Source: Octopus bimaculoides (taxonomy: Eukaryota). From it: a DNA stretch of 33,145 nt. Below, piece by piece: positions 1-11,095 of the stretch. Every line of letters begins with the position of its first letter. Positions within the stretch are counted from its first letter, which is position 1. The notes beneath the pieces are model-generated. The model worked only from the letters and a program-made list of their open reading frames with translations. It was not told the origin of the DNA and made no database searches. The stretch is from assembly GCF_001194135.2 (NCBI RefSeq), contig NC_068986.1, positions 113,594,983 through 113,628,127 on the forward strand. Direction: 5' to 3'. The translations under genes and the position numbers were made by a program.

Positions 1-9
1 CAACACCAC

Positions 10-35
10 CACAACAACAACAACAACGGCAATAC

Positions 36-99
<64 letters not shown>
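10..99. repeat. Compound (CAA)n/(TAA)n trinucleotide microsatellite
   Basis: Direct reading of tandem CAA then long TAA run. Confidence 0.97.
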
Positions 100-756
100 T
101 ACAGCAAATACAAAAATAACAGAAAATTAAATTCCAGTGAATGTGAAATAGTTTACTCTGATCCCACGTCCATATCCAATAATTAATTCGTGTTATGGAT
201 CACGTTTATTATAAGGTTACGATGAGATAAAACAAAATAAAACATTGTAAATGCTCTACGAAAGGAAAAGATAGAAATTAACTTGACATTCGTGTAAGTA
301 TGTATATATGTGTGTACACACACATGCAAACACACACACATACACACACGCACATACACATATATGTGTGCGTTTGTGTGTGTGTGTAAGGAGGAATGTA
401 CATAGGTATGTATGTATATATGCATGTATATATACGGTTCTATCACTTTAAAATATTTTTGTACCAAGAGAGCAAACGTAACAGAAAATGGCGGAGAGTT
501 CTAGTTATTATAACGTCGATGCAATAATAAACAGGAAATCGAAAGATACGCGAATGACATTCTAATGGTAGTAAGTTGTTCAAAACTGTGACGAAGAAGA
601 AGCTCCCTCATCTTCAATTTGGAAAAACGAATATTTATATATATATATATANNNNNNNNNNAAACTCTCTCTCTCTCTCACACATACACATACATAATCT
701 ACCTTGTTGTATTTCATAAAACAAATCTCTATATTACTCAATTGTTAGACAGATAA

Positions 757-903
757 CAAGTGTGTGTTGTGTTTGTGTGTGTGTATGTGTGTGTGTACGT
801 GTGTACGTGTGTGTGTACGCGTGTACGTGTGTGTGTGTGTTTGTGTGTGACAGACAGACAGACAGACAGACAGAAAGACAGACAGACAGACAGACAGATA
901 GAC

Positions 904-944
<41 letters not shown>
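757..944. repeat. Compound (TG)n/(GACA)n/(GATA)n microsatellite
   Basis: Direct reading; explains ORFs 734..979 and the C-terminal part of 738..1064. Confidence 0.96.
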
Positions 945-945
<1 letters not shown>

Positions 946-959
946 GGTATACGAAGAAA

Positions 960-1400
960 CGCAGCCCAGTTTGGAACATCTAGTTCCGGACCTAAATATC
1001 GGCGCAAAACATTTTGCTGCAAGCCTTTGGAAGCATTCCCTTTCATGTCATGTTTCCCTCGCACTCGCAGTACTTGCCGACATAATAGACTGAGGCACTA
1101 TTATATGCATTAAGATTGCAAGATATCCAGGACACAATTATCTTACAAAAGATCCAACATCGTATGGTTGATTGTTTCAATCATATTTTTGTTTTTCATA
1201 TACAAGCGTCTTGTAACCCATGAATCTTGTGTCCCAATTTCTTTCGGTATTCTCAATGTGTCATGTTATATATCATTATCTCCTTAATTATAATCTTTCA
1301 CCATTTCTTTATTAGTAATTCTGTACACTTATTTGCCCCTTACACTGCATCAACGCTTGGTAAATATCCTTAGAGATCTTATTTTATTTTTGATATACAG
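960..1400 (-). mobile_element. Heavily decayed non-LTR retrotransposon remnant (CR1-like C-terminal region suspected)
   Basis: Manual minus-strand translation across stops and frameshifts gives RITNKEMVKD...RRL...MIETI...RGKHDMK, in the order of the CR1 motifs RATKMV...RRLRGDMIETYK...TRGH.MK. Weak similarity; clade uncertain. Confidence 0.3.
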
Positions 1401-1861
1401 TTTGAGATTCTTGCAAAGCAGATACTTAATAGCAATTTTGTTCTTTCTAAATGCATAGTAATAACTAGTGGAAGGAATCAACGAAATACATAAAAAGAAA
1501 AGACATCGTAGACAGTGAGTCACCTATGATATCTTCAGGATTCTCCCATTTTCCAAAGTGTCACTTCTCACGTCCATGGAAATGAAAGGAGACGACTATC
1601 AATTTCAGAAAATAAAACATTGAGACAAATATCGTAAAACAATTTTTAAACCCCTCTAACGTTTTTTCAAAATGCCGCCTCCAGTTTCTATATAAGAGAC
1701 ACAAGACTAGAAATTTGGTAGGGAGATACAAAGTAAACTATGCCGATCCAAGTTTATAACAGGTACTTTATTTGTGTAGACGCGCTTGTTAAAAATACAT
1801 TGCTATGGTTTTTAAAATATAATTAATCAAATGAATATACCATTCAAAATAATAAGCATGT

Positions 1862-1869
1862 ATCTGCTG

Positions 1870-1953
<84 letters not shown>
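1862..1953. repeat. (CTA)n/(CTG)n trinucleotide microsatellite
   Basis: Direct reading; produces the spurious poly-Leu ORF 1831..2016. Confidence 0.97.
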
Positions 1954-1955
<2 letters not shown>

Positions 1956-2711
1956 ATATAAAAAACATCATTATATTATTCTAGCCATACCTTTAAGTTT
2001 GTTGCAGTGGAAATGAGTCACCGGAAGATAAGCGTTTTTTGTACTACGCATGCGTGCTTCATTAACTTTAACAGAATGCGTTATTGACACAAAAAGGACC
2101 TTCTAATTTCCTGTTCACATTGAAGGCAGTCAATATAGTTATTTAATTGTTTCCAATCATATAGCTGGTGGGAGACGCTGTGTGTTGTTTTTGCGTGTGT
2201 GTGTATGTGTGAGTGTGTGTGTGCGTGTGTCTGTGTGTCTGCAAATGTCTTTTTGGGAATGTGTGTATATTCCAGAATTGTGACTGTACTACACATATAC
2301 AAATGCATACACACCCATACGTGCACGTACACATACTCCCATAAACACACTCATGCACACGCACACACACACACGCACATGGGGATTTTGCCCTTTATAA
2401 AGAGCTCTGTCAGTCCAAAATATTTTGTTTAATTTCGCTTTTCTTGCATCGCACACGCCAGACGCTAACAAAACAAACACCATATTGAGCATGCATGGTT
2501 GTGCCGGGGCCTTAATGACCGACTCGTTTCTGGAAACTGACTGAAGAAGCAATCCATTACTCGGTTTGTAGTAACATCATAGACACCAACGCAAAACTTT
2601 ACATCTGTTTGTTATCCATTCAACTAGTTATCATGTCAGCTCTAGATGTGTCAAATTAATGTTTAGCAATTGTTCAATAATTTGTGAAATAATATCTGAG
2701 AAGGCATCCAA

Positions 2712-2944
2712 GGCGGTGAGTTGGTAGAAACGTTAGCACGCCGGGCAAAATGCTTAGCGGTATTTCATCTGCCGTTACGTTGTGAGTTCAAATTCGGCCG
2801 AGGTCGACTTTGCCTTTCATCCTTTCTGGGTTGATAAATTAAGTACCAGTTATGCATTGGGGTCGATGTAATCGACTTAATCCCTTTGTCTGTCCTTGTT
2901 TGTCCCCTCTATGTTTAGCCCCTTGTGGGCAATAAAGAAATAAG
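2712..2944 (+). mobile_element. Full-length tRNA-derived SINE (octopus OK-like family)
   Basis: Head GGCGGTGAGTTGGTAGAAACGTTAGCACG (A-box-like), GAGTTCAAATTC (B-box-like), central GTCGACTTTGCCTTTCATCCTT...GATAAATTAAGTACCAG, and an A-rich tail AATAAAGAAATAAG. Several related copies lie in the window. Family name is from recall. Confidence 0.85.
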
Positions 2945-3028
2945 CAACGTTAGCACGATGGGTGAAATGCTTAGCGGTGTTTCGTCTGTCGTTACGTTCT
3001 GAGTTCAAATTCCACTGAGGTCGACTTT
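2945..3028 (+). mobile_element. Partial OK-like SINE head in tandem with the previous copy
   Basis: AACGTTAGCACG...GAGTTCAAATTCCACTGAGGTCGACTTT repeats roughly 2729-2812. Confidence 0.85.
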
Positions 3029-3035
3029 ACTGAAA

Positions 3036-3230
3036 GCAAAAGGCCTGACATTTTGGCGGAGATGCTAATCGATCAAATCGAGCCCAGCACGTATCTGGTA
3101 CTTATTTCATCGACACTGAAAGATGAAAGGCAAAGTCGACTTTGGCGGAATTTGAACTTAGAACTTAAAACGGACGAAATGCCTGTAAGAATTTCGCCTG
3201 ACGTGCTAACGATTCTGGAAGCTCACCGCC
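3036..3230 (-). mobile_element. OK-like SINE, reverse orientation, different 3' tail
   Basis: Reverse complement reads GGCGGTGAGCTTCCAGAATCGTTAGCACG...AGTTCAAATTCCGCCAAAGTCGACTTTGCCTTTCATC...AAGTACCAG, with tail CCGCCAAAATGTCAGGCCTT. Confidence 0.85.
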
Positions 3231-3413
3231 CTTTTTTGTGGGGGGAGGGGGGTTTACAAATAACGCAAAGCTAACCACACTATTATTTATTATCATCTGA
3301 GGATGTCAATGCATTCAACACAGACACATATTTTTTTACGAGAAGGGATACCCCCTACTATAACAATTCCCTAGTCCATAGTGGCTTTAAGCATAAATTA
3401 ATACATAACCCCT

Positions 3414-3505
3414 AGAAGAAGAAGAAGAAGAAGAAGAAGAAGAAGAAGAAGAAGAAGGAGGAGGAGGAGNNNNNNNNNNAGAAGAAGAAGAAGAAGAAGA
3501 AGAAG

Positions 3506-3535
<30 letters not shown>
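3414..3535. repeat. (GAA)n/(GAG)n microsatellite with a 10-N gap (3470-3479)
   Basis: Direct reading. Confidence 0.97.
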
Positions 3536-3536
<1 letters not shown>

Positions 3537-4023
3537 CATCGACTCTGTAGTTCATGATGAATCCACGACGATGATAGGAGATATGGTGGTCGCTTCTGTG
3601 GGTTCTTCGTTTTAATTTTGAAGCAGAGTTACTTTATGGTGAAACAATAGTGTATTTTCGTGTGAATTATGATTGGTGACCGCCACCGCTGTCATGTGCG
3701 GTTGTTTTTAAGTTTAAGAGGTTGAGAGAAATAGGGTTTGCCAAAAAATAAAAGCTGTAGCGAGAAGTGAATTTTGTTATACAAGCAATACATATCACTC
3801 CGACTTATGTAATACAATGCAGCCGTTGTAATATTTTCCTATCTATCAATAACCAACTGTGTGCGATAAAAAAACAGAGAGCGAGCAATAGCTTCTAATT
3901 AGTTATTTAATCTTTGATAAAATGATTGCGAATTTCGTCAGATGACCAGCAATTTTAAGGATGGCAAACGACGATTCCATGGACTCCAATGCTTAGTGGT
4001 ACTACGTTATCGGCATCAGAGAT

Positions 4024-4275
4024 ATTTGAACTCAGACCGTAATGAATTAGACGAAATTTTTGGCCGATACGTTAGCGATTCTGCCAGAACGCATATATTT
4101 GCAGGGGCGTGGGAGCCAATTACATCAACCCCAGTGTTTTGATTGTACTTATTTTCTGTATTCCAAAATTATGAAAAACAAACTCGACCTCCGAGGCATT
4201 TTGTGAACAGAACGCAAAGTCGGAAGAAATGGCGCTCAACATTCTACGAAAGGCGTTAATAACTTTGCTAGTCTT
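4024..4275 (-). mobile_element. Two degenerate OK-like SINE fragments (about 4024-4088 and 4110-4275)
   Basis: ATTTGAACTCAGACCGTA...CGTTAGCGATTCTGCCAG and ATTACATCAACCCCAGTG...GTACTTATTTT...CTCGACCTC match the reverse complement of the 2712-2944 copy with many substitutions. Confidence 0.6.
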
Positions 4276-4620
4276 TCCTTAATAGAGTCACATAATATAC
4301 TAAATGATTTTCTTCTAGATAACATTTCTATTGAAACTTTCGCCAGCACACTGTCTACGCAACGAAACATTGCTACAACTCAAGTAATTTAATATTCCAG
4401 CAAGTTGCCAAGAAAGTGTTAAATATTCAAATTGATCCAGCCACATTATGTTAGTCATTAATATCATTGAGTTTATAAGATGTACGTTCGTGGTTAGTTA
4501 AAGGAAATCTACATATGACGAAGAAACGACAAGCAAAGACGAAATGTGGAGATACAACAGTAACTTATTTCTCTGTCCACGAATGTATTATAACGAACAT
4601 ATGCTTCATGGTTCACCGTA

Positions 4621-4664
<44 letters not shown>

Positions 4665-5397
4665 NNNNNNNNNNNNNNNNNNNNNNNNNNNNNNNNNNNN
4701 NNNNNNNNNNNNNNNNNNNNNNNNNNNNNNNNNNNNNNNNNNNNNNNNNNNNNNNNNNNNNNNNNNNNNNNNNNNNNNNNNNNNNNNNNNNNNNNNNNNN
4801 NNNNNNNNNNNNNNNNNNNNNNNNNNNNNNNNNNNNNNNNNNNNNNNNNNNNNNNNNNNNNNNNNNNNNNNNNNNNNNNNNNNNNNNNNNNNNNNNNNNN
4901 NNNNNNNNNNNNNNNNNNNNNNNNNNNNNNNNNNNNNNNNNNNNNNNNATATATATATATATATATATATATATACGTATCTATTTATTTATTTATGGAA
5001 GTATTTATATATAGGCTATATTAAACCTCTGAGCTAGACATAAACAGTATCAGTACGGAATCGTAAAATATATTTGCCAACTAAATGTGGCGGTGCCCTA
5101 GAGGACGATGTTACTATTGTGTTTAGCCCCAGGAAGATATCTCCTCCAGCTGACTAACGACACACTGTCTGTGTCCTATAAGTATTTGCGCGGGGAGGTC
5201 ATCACTCTCATCTCTAGCCTTACGTGATACACACAAAAGCGGGTTTCAGGGTAGTTACTCGTCTTCAGCGTAATTTAAACGCCAGCTAGTGGTGAAACTT
5301 CATTCCACTCGCAAAATACTATATGCTTTTTCCAGAGATAAATTGTCGCTGATCTCGAAAAGGGAGAAATAATCTATATTAAATCTCTGAGCGAGAT

Positions 5398-6296
5398 TCA
5401 TGCATGAACTTGGAACATATCCATCATGGAAATTCTGATTCCACATTTCAAGTATTTCTCTTATGGGCTCCAAATTATCATCACTTCTCTTTTTCCTTCT
5501 TGCACTAGCATCATTAAAACGCAAAACCTCTAAAATCTGTTGAAATCTTCCCCGGCTCATACTTTTGTTGAATATTGGGCGGCCATCTTCTTGACCCCAT
5601 AACTGTGTGACATTTTCGTAATAATCAGTTCAATAAATTTCTTTAGTTCAGAGTGATCAGTTTCCTTCCTGTGTAAAAAGAAAGGAAATTGTAAACAATC
5701 TGACCTTCAACATTTGTCAATTTACGAATTACTTGAAGAAGATTCTGGCACATTAAGATAGTAGAACACGTTTCAATGCTATCGCAAGACCTTTTAGCAG
5801 ACCGGGTTGGTCGACATTCTTGGCGCACGGTATTGTAAAAGATGAAATTCTTACTGCTGCTTCAGTAAGAGGATTAGAATGCCAAATTTCTTGTCTGACT
5901 CTAGAAACATAATGCTGATTCATAATTGGGTGGCTTGCAGATAACTGTTTTTGGGTATCTTCATCATCTGATGACACAGAACTTAAACTGTCCAGCACAG
6001 AATCACTTTCACCATCGTCTTCAGAGTAATAGATGGAATCACTACTATCTTCTTTCCATTCCTCATCTCATTCCAATAACCTTTTTGATATTTGGTCTTC
6101 ACTCAAGTCTTCACGTCTAGGCATAATGGAAAGCACAACTGAACTATATAAAACTTGATAGCAGAATAAAGGTAGATATTGCTCTCTCATATATTTATAG
6201 TCTCCTGAATGATGATGCAATATATTGTATGAATTCCGTCATTACATAGAAATATTGCATCACCCTATAACCTAGCCCATTGAAGGTGATGCAATA
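5398..6296 (-). mobile_element. piggyBac-family (PGBD-like) DNA transposon fragment with pseudogenised transposase N-terminal half
   Basis: ATG at 6125 gives acidic MPRREDLSEDQ...SSDDED, then YVSR...WHSNP, RPTRSAKRSCDSI, NLLQVIRKLTNVEG, ETDHSELKKFI, ENVTQLWGQEDGRPIFNKSMSRGRFQQILEVLRFND...DDNLEPIREILEMWNQN...YVPSS. These are typical piggyBac transposase motifs. In-frame stop and frameshifts are present, and the fragment is truncated before the catalytic DEQL motif. Confidence 0.88.
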
Positions 6297-6529
6297 CCAC
6301 ACAAATTTACAGGAATATTTTCATAATTTTTCCTATTTTTTCTAAAATACAGCAAATAAATTGAATACAATTTTATCTATTTTATATCTGATAAATATCT
6401 AGGAAAATAATATTTGATACTGCTTTTATTCTATTTAGAATGACAGGAGTATTGTCTGATTCTAATTCGAGGATCCTATGGACCCGTACGGTAATTAATA
6501 TACGGTAATTAATGAGGTAATGAATCGTA

Positions 6530-7537
6530 TTCAATGTTACGAGAGGCATAGGCGCTTCAAAAACAAAAAAAACATCCCTGGAAGATGATGAACGATCTGG
6601 AAAACCTGCCACGTATTACGAAATGTGAAGAATATTCATCACCTTATGCACGAGGATCGTCGGAGGACAATCAACGACATTGCTGATGTGGTTGATGTGT
6701 CGTATAGGTCCTTGCAGTCAGTCGTAACGTCTGAATTGAACATGCGGCGTGTCACTGCCAATTTTGTCCTCTACCTGCTGGCCACCTATCAGAAAGAACA
6801 ACACATCGAAGTTTCTCAAGACTTCCGACAGCGTGCCGCTGATGACCCATTCTTCGTGTCGAGGATCATCACCAGTGACAAATGTTGGTTCTACGGCTAC
6901 GACCCTCAGACGAAGAAGCAGTTGTCACGATGGAAGAGGCCTTCATCTCCACGACAAAGGAAGACACGACAGAGCTGCAACTCAATCAAGAGCATGTACA
7001 TCGTTTTTTGGTTTGTTTGTTTTTTTCGACATCCGTAGTCTTGTGCATGGAGAATTCGTCTCCCAGAGCCAAAGCGTCAATCGAGAGTTCTACTGCGACG
7101 CTTTGAAGAGTTTGAGGGAGGAGATCGACGACGAAAGGGACCGGACCTGTGGAGCGACTGACGATTTCGATTCTTCACAACGACAGTGCACCGTGTCACC
7201 GAGCTCTCCTCACTCGTCACAAACAACCTGGTATCGCTGCCACACCCGCACCATTTGCCAGATTTAGCAGTGCAGACGTCCATCTCTTCCCCAAGATGAA
7301 AATGTATCTCGAATGGTGCCAGTTTAACACTGTTGTCTAGATCCTGGACGAATCACAGAAGGTTCTCGACTGGCTCACACAGAACGACTTCCAGGACAGA
7401 TTCCAAAAGTGGCAGGAAACCTGGAACCGGTGGGTGCACAAGTTGACTATTTTGAAGGAGATGATGTTAAAAATAGGGAGATAAGTAACTTTTTATTAAA
7501 CATAATTAATCCAGGATCTTTTTGATACCACTTCGTA
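6530..7537 (+). mobile_element. Mariner (DD34D-type) transposon, 5'-truncated, with 3' TIR
   Basis: Translations SLEDDERSGKP, EDRRRTINDIAD, ELNMRRV, SRIITSDKCWFYGYDPQTKKQ, FFDIRSLVHGEF, ILHNDSAPCH, ADVHLFPKMK, DYFEG. Terminal CCAGGATCTTTTTGATACCACTTCG+TA at 7511-7537 is a mariner-type TIR followed by TA. Multiple frameshifts. Confidence 0.92.
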
Positions 7538-7689
7538 TATTAGAGAAGGACAGAGAGAGATAGCGAGGGGGAGAAAAAGTGAGAGAAAGTGGGAGAGAGA
7601 GCATTTAAGTATAAATGTAAATGCTATAAACCTTAACAAATTCTACTAAAGAAGAAGAAAGTTTGACGAATGAGATATTATCTAAACGC

Positions 7690-7747
7690 TACACACACAA
7701 ACACATGCACAGACAGAGACACATACACACACAATCACACATACATA

Positions 7748-7826
<79 letters not shown>
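7690..7826. repeat. (CA)n-rich tract followed by long (CT)n
   Basis: Direct reading. Confidence 0.96.
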
Positions 7827-7830
<4 letters not shown>

Positions 7831-8294
7831 ACCATTCCAGCAAAGCAGGCCTTTCTATAACTGGAAGCACTGCAAATGAGAAACGAACAAAACATATATA
7901 TCATATATATATATAGAGAGAGAGAGAAGAGAGAATCGCGGTAGAGTGAGAGAGAGAGATTTGTGTGTGTGTGTGTGTATATGTTTGTGTGCATACAGAA
8001 GATATATATGTAGTTATATTTGAAATAAATTTTACATATATTGTGATTTGTTTCTATTTCACGAATATTGAAATTCCATCTTTGTATAATGCCACGGACT
8101 TGATGAGTTCTATATATGGTATTTATGTTTAAGTGACTGAAATTAATTGTTGAAATTTGAATAATCTCAATTAAACCGAGGCGTTTGCTATGATTCTTCT
8201 CTTTAATTACTAAATCTACTTCGGAACACTTACTCAATATATTTCTACACATTCAAAACCTATACACAAGGTAAGCGCCTCATAAATGTCTGTT

Positions 8295-8297
8295 TCT

Positions 8298-8339
<42 letters not shown>

Positions 8340-8346
8340 TATATAC

Positions 8347-8379
<33 letters not shown>

Positions 8380-8655
8380 CAGACAGACAAAAGACAGACA
8401 CAGAGATAGATAGATAGATAGATAGATAAAAATATTGATATGCATATGTCAAATATCTGTATATATGGATGAGGATGATATACGAGACACACACACACAT
8501 ACACACACACACACACAAACACACATACACACATGAATAGAGAGAGAAGAAGAGAGAAGGATGGAGAGAGAGAGAGAGAGAAGAAGAGAGAAGGATGGAG
8601 AGAGAGAGAGAGAGAGAGGGATGGCGAGAGGGATGGCGAGAGGGAGAGAGAGAAT
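8295..8655. repeat. (GATA)n/(GACA)n, (CA)n and (GA)n compound microsatellite block
   Basis: Direct reading. Confidence 0.95.
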
Positions 8656-9927
8656 GATGCATGTATATATTCATGCATACATACACATATACACTTATAT
8701 ATGTACAGGCAGACACACACACACACACACTGAGCAATGTATACGCGTGTCCATCTATACATTTATTTAATAATGAGTGTTCGTTAAAATTCCCTGCATA
8801 TATTTTGAATATTTTTCGTCGTTTTTTTTTTTCTTCTTTTTCTTGTCTTTCACTTCTTAGGTTTCACTTTCACACGCTCTATCCTCTTTATATTATCACA
8901 TCTGAACGTGCCTTATCACTTGCCTGAAAAAGATGGTGGGAAATCTAGCAATGTTATTGTGAAAATTGGAAAATACATGTTTAACATAGAATAATAGAGA
9001 TTGCATTTATGCCTTGCCAAAAATCAATTTGAAATCCATGAAAGCGGAAACTGATAACGTGCTTTGATTATTTTGTTGTAAATATTACAAGGTAAAGAAT
9101 ATAAAAAAGAAAGAAACAAAAACAGAATGACGAGATAATATATGTAAAATTTCACACGTAAAGGACACATATATATTAGAATTGCAAAACGTTGGCTAGA
9201 GGGCGCCATAAGGCTGTAAAATTTTGTACGTAGTAAAGACTTTTCTTTTTGTACAAGACGAGCGTCATTTGCTAAACGTTATGTAGTTTTATTTCTGTCA
9301 CACTAGATGTCTTTTCTTTTGCATAATACTGTACGGTTTTGCCGTCTTTATTTTTATCAAAACTTGGTCACAGGTACATTAAAGTGTTTGTTATAAAAGT
9401 ACAAGTAATTTTTTGTGAAATATATGCTACCTATTATTGAAATTAAATCATTGCACGATTAAGATTTCCAGTATTAAGAATACGAAATGAATTACCATAT
9501 TATCGATTGTTGTTAAAATGAATCAAAGTGGAAGTTTTCGACCACCGGAAAATTCGGTTTGCTATTCTGATATTAATTGAAATGCTACGGAAGTTTATTT
9601 CGATCTTACTCGGAGAAAATCGCTAAACTAAACACCATTCAAAATACTTTCCTCGGGAAAATGCTGTTACAGCATTTGACATAATTAATTTTACATGCTT
9701 GTATCGAAGTGGATACAGCTAGCAATAATATCATGGTTTATATTATATTCTAATAGCGTATAAAACATAATGGGTAAAAAACGATCTGTTCACTGGAATA
9801 ACAAAATCGAAGGCTAAATGCGAGATATGATCCGAAATCTTCAGTTGGCTAATTTGTCTTTCACTTATCTTTCTATTCAAGGTTATATGTTCCTTTTCTT
9901 TTTAGTCAAAAAATTACATCTTAATTA

Positions 9928-10135
9928 CGGATTGGCAGAATCGTTAGGGAGTCGGACAAAATGTTTTTCGGTATTTCTTCCGTCAATTTTCTTTCTGAGC
10001 TCAAATCTGGCCAAAGCGAAATTTACCTTTCATGCTTTCAAGATCGGTAAAATAATCACAGTTCAAGTACAAGGATTGATTATCTCCTTCTCTTCGAAAT
10101 TGCTGGCCTTGTACCTAAATTAGAAACTATTGTTC
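9928..10135 (+). mobile_element. Degenerate OK-like SINE
   Basis: TGGCAGAATCGTTAG...CGGTATTTC...GAGCTCAAATCTGGCC...TTTACCTTTCATGCTTTC; the tail CGAAATTGCTGGCCTTG resembles the 3036-3230 tail type. Explains ORF 9818..10123. Confidence 0.7.
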
Positions 10136-10832
10136 ATAATTGTGTTCTCTTCGAGACACACCATTATAATTGTATATCGCTCAACTTACAGTGACTGTAT
10201 ACATTTTCCGTATATACCTGTCCTTCTAAACGCAATATGCAACCAAAGCTGCACACATAGACACACGCACACACACACAAGTGTGTATGTGTGCGTGCGT
10301 GCGTGTATGTATATATGTATGTTTAGTGTACAAAACTAGCCAAGAGGGAAGATCACAGGCTATTATTTCTCTAATCGTTTTAAGTTGACATTCTCTCAGT
10401 GTAAAATTTGTCTTTCTTTGGCCAAGCGTTGTTATAATAATCGTCAAATACCAGGTCTCTCTCTTTCTCGTCAACGAAAATGTATGGAAGTGTCCCGTGT
10501 CATGAATTGATACTACTGCTTTCAGAAACAGCAGTTATATATAAACGGTTACATATGCAACCACTACACACACACACAAATACACATACACATATATAAG
10601 TATATACGTATGTGTATATATATATATATATGCACACTGAGAGGGAGACAATATATATATATATATATATATATATTCAACTAGCAATGAAAGTAAACAA
10701 AGTTTGTTTTAGAAGCGTTGAGATGTATTGAAAGATACAGAAAAAATTATTTTTAATCTCAAACGCGTGATAATGTTAATAAATAGTGTGATCAGGATAA
10801 ATTATCCATACATTACAGAAAAATACGTTACC

Positions 10833-10905
10833 GGACAGCCATGAGACTCGAACTCACATCCCTGTGAATACACATCAAGTGCTTTACCACTAAGCTAAAC
10901 TGCCC
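10833..10905 (-). tRNA. tRNA-like sequence (tRNA pseudogene or SINE/satellite head), anticodon arm imperfect
   Basis: Minus strand GGGCAGT-TTA-GCTTAGTGGTAAAGC-...-GTGAG-TTCGAGT-CTCAT-GGCTGTCC gives an acceptor stem with G-U pairs, D stem GCTT/AAGC, T stem with TTCGA loop, and A and B boxes. The anticodon stem needs a bulge. Confidence 0.6.
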
Positions 10906-11027
10906 AATAACAAATTCGTCAGCACTTTTAGAACTTATAAATTTAGCTTCATAAGACGTTAACGTTAAATTCAACTTACGATGGAAGTAAACAAGCAAAA
11001 TTTGTTTCAGAACCGTTGAGATGTATG

Positions 11028-11095
<68 letters not shown>

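Noticed and set aside
485-566. AAAATGGCGG (YY1/Kozak-like) with short ORF MAESSSYYNVDAIINRKSKDTRMTF*
   Set aside because: 25-codon ORF, no in-frame donor, no CpG-rich promoter context; a single short motif is expected by chance.
1736-1748. 13-bp identity AAACTATGCCGAT with 13231-13243
   Set aside because: Flanks do not extend convincingly; could be chance or a very old repeat.
2289-2600. Non-repetitive stretch with ORF LLQSVSRNESVIKAPAQP...
   Set aside because: No recognisable homology, no credible splice sites, and the ORF runs into a TG microsatellite.
5578-5590. Perfect YY1-like site GGCGGCCATCTT
   Set aside because: It encodes EDGRP in the piggyBac transposase on the minus strand.
6487-6514. 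14-bp tandem duplication TACGGTAATTAATA/G between piggyBac and mariner
   Set aside because: Simple slippage duplication; not positioned as a TSD of either element.
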